NCBI GenBank assembly: GCA_018302745.1
Contig: JAGVZH010000002.1
Span: forward strand, 1 to 32,906
DNA: 32,906 bases
Source of the DNA: Candidatus Woesearchaeota archaeon
Lineage (GTDB): Archaea > Nanobdellota > Nanobdellia > SCGC-AAA011-G17 > JAGVZH01
Direction: 5' to 3'
The notes under the pieces are model-generated. The model worked only from the letters and a program-made list of their open reading frames with translations, searched no databases and had not been told where the DNA came from. Position 1 is the first letter of the stretch; each line of letters starts with the position of its first letter. Both the position numbers and the translations under genes were made by a program. This document shows positions 32,847 to 32,906 of this stretch, piece after piece.

Positions 32847-32906
32847 CCCATGAGCCGTTAGGCTTCATGGGGGAAGGAGTTGACCCTTCCATGGGAAAAG
32901 AGGAAA
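32847..32906 (+). ncRNA. Putative 5' end of a structured RNA (possibly RNase P RNA), truncated by the window end
   Basis: Two G/C-rich hairpins in an AT-rich spacer: CCCAUGAGCC-GUUA-GGCU-UCAUGGG (32847-32871) and GGAAGG-AGUUGAC-CCUUCC (32872-32890). They are followed by AUGGGAAAAGAGGAAA, whose last 7 nt match the start of the RNase P CR-I motif GAGGAAAGUCC. This is weak evidence because the motif is cut off. Confidence 0.25.

Noticed and set aside
32867-32906. Possible protein-coding start ATG GGG GAA GGA GTT GAC CCT TCC ATG GGA AAA GAG GAA running off the window.
   Set aside because: It cannot be excluded. However, the G/C-rich codons are atypical for this genome and the ATG lies inside a stable hairpin. 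It is kept as an alternative to the ncRNA hypothesis rather than reported as a CDS.
1-32906. Alternative genetic code (for example UGA recoding as in some candidate phyla), and CRISPR arrays, tRNA or rRNA genes.
   Set aside because: Long uninterrupted ORFs with standard stops fill nearly all of the window on both sides of the junction. No regularly spaced repeats or tRNA-like cloverleaf segments were seen in the few spacers.

Overview
AT-rich 32.9-kb window that reads as two different worlds joined near 11.1 kb. All calls come from motif recognition by eye and hand translation; no database search or folding program was run.

Positions 1 to ~11,100 carry bacterial-type genes and bacterial regulatory grammar:
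- a partial type-2 ileS (minus strand, runs off the window) preceded by a textbook T-box leader (T-box sequence, mutually exclusive antiterminator/terminator, U-tract) and an extended -10 promoter;
- pepF and a family-1 ung;
- a PspC / toastrack / LiaF-like envelope-stress trio;
- a CsoR-type copper operon (cupredoxin-like protein, CopA P1B-ATPase, HMA-fused membrane protein, CsoR) behind TTGACA-N17-TAATAT and a CCCTA-GG-TAGGG inverted repeat.

Positions ~11,100 to 32,906 are archaeal and look like a compact DPANN-like genome. Genes are Trm5, an intein-containing HerA/DUF87-like ATPase, HtpX, a short OB-fold SSB, RFC large and small subunits, a second archaeal-type ileS, TBP, MCM, an OB+winged-helix protein, aIF2-beta, DUF424, a minimal NMD3-like protein, aIF1A, a KH/Dim2-like protein and Topo VI B+A. 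A/T-rich TATA-like elements sit ~22-30 nt upstream of start codons.

Most notable observations:
1. The domain-level switch, with two ileS genes of different lineage. This is either a chimeric contig or an inter-domain transfer block that carries a T-box.
2. A LAGLIDADG intein inserted in the Walker A P-loop of the HerA-like ATPase. Its endonuclease region is frameshifted, with a TAATG stop/start overlap, while all splicing blocks stay intact. It may be a naturally split intein.
3. The T-box itself, whose only AUC triplet lies in a short hairpin loop.

No CRISPR array, transposase, integrase, tRNA or rRNA was recognised.
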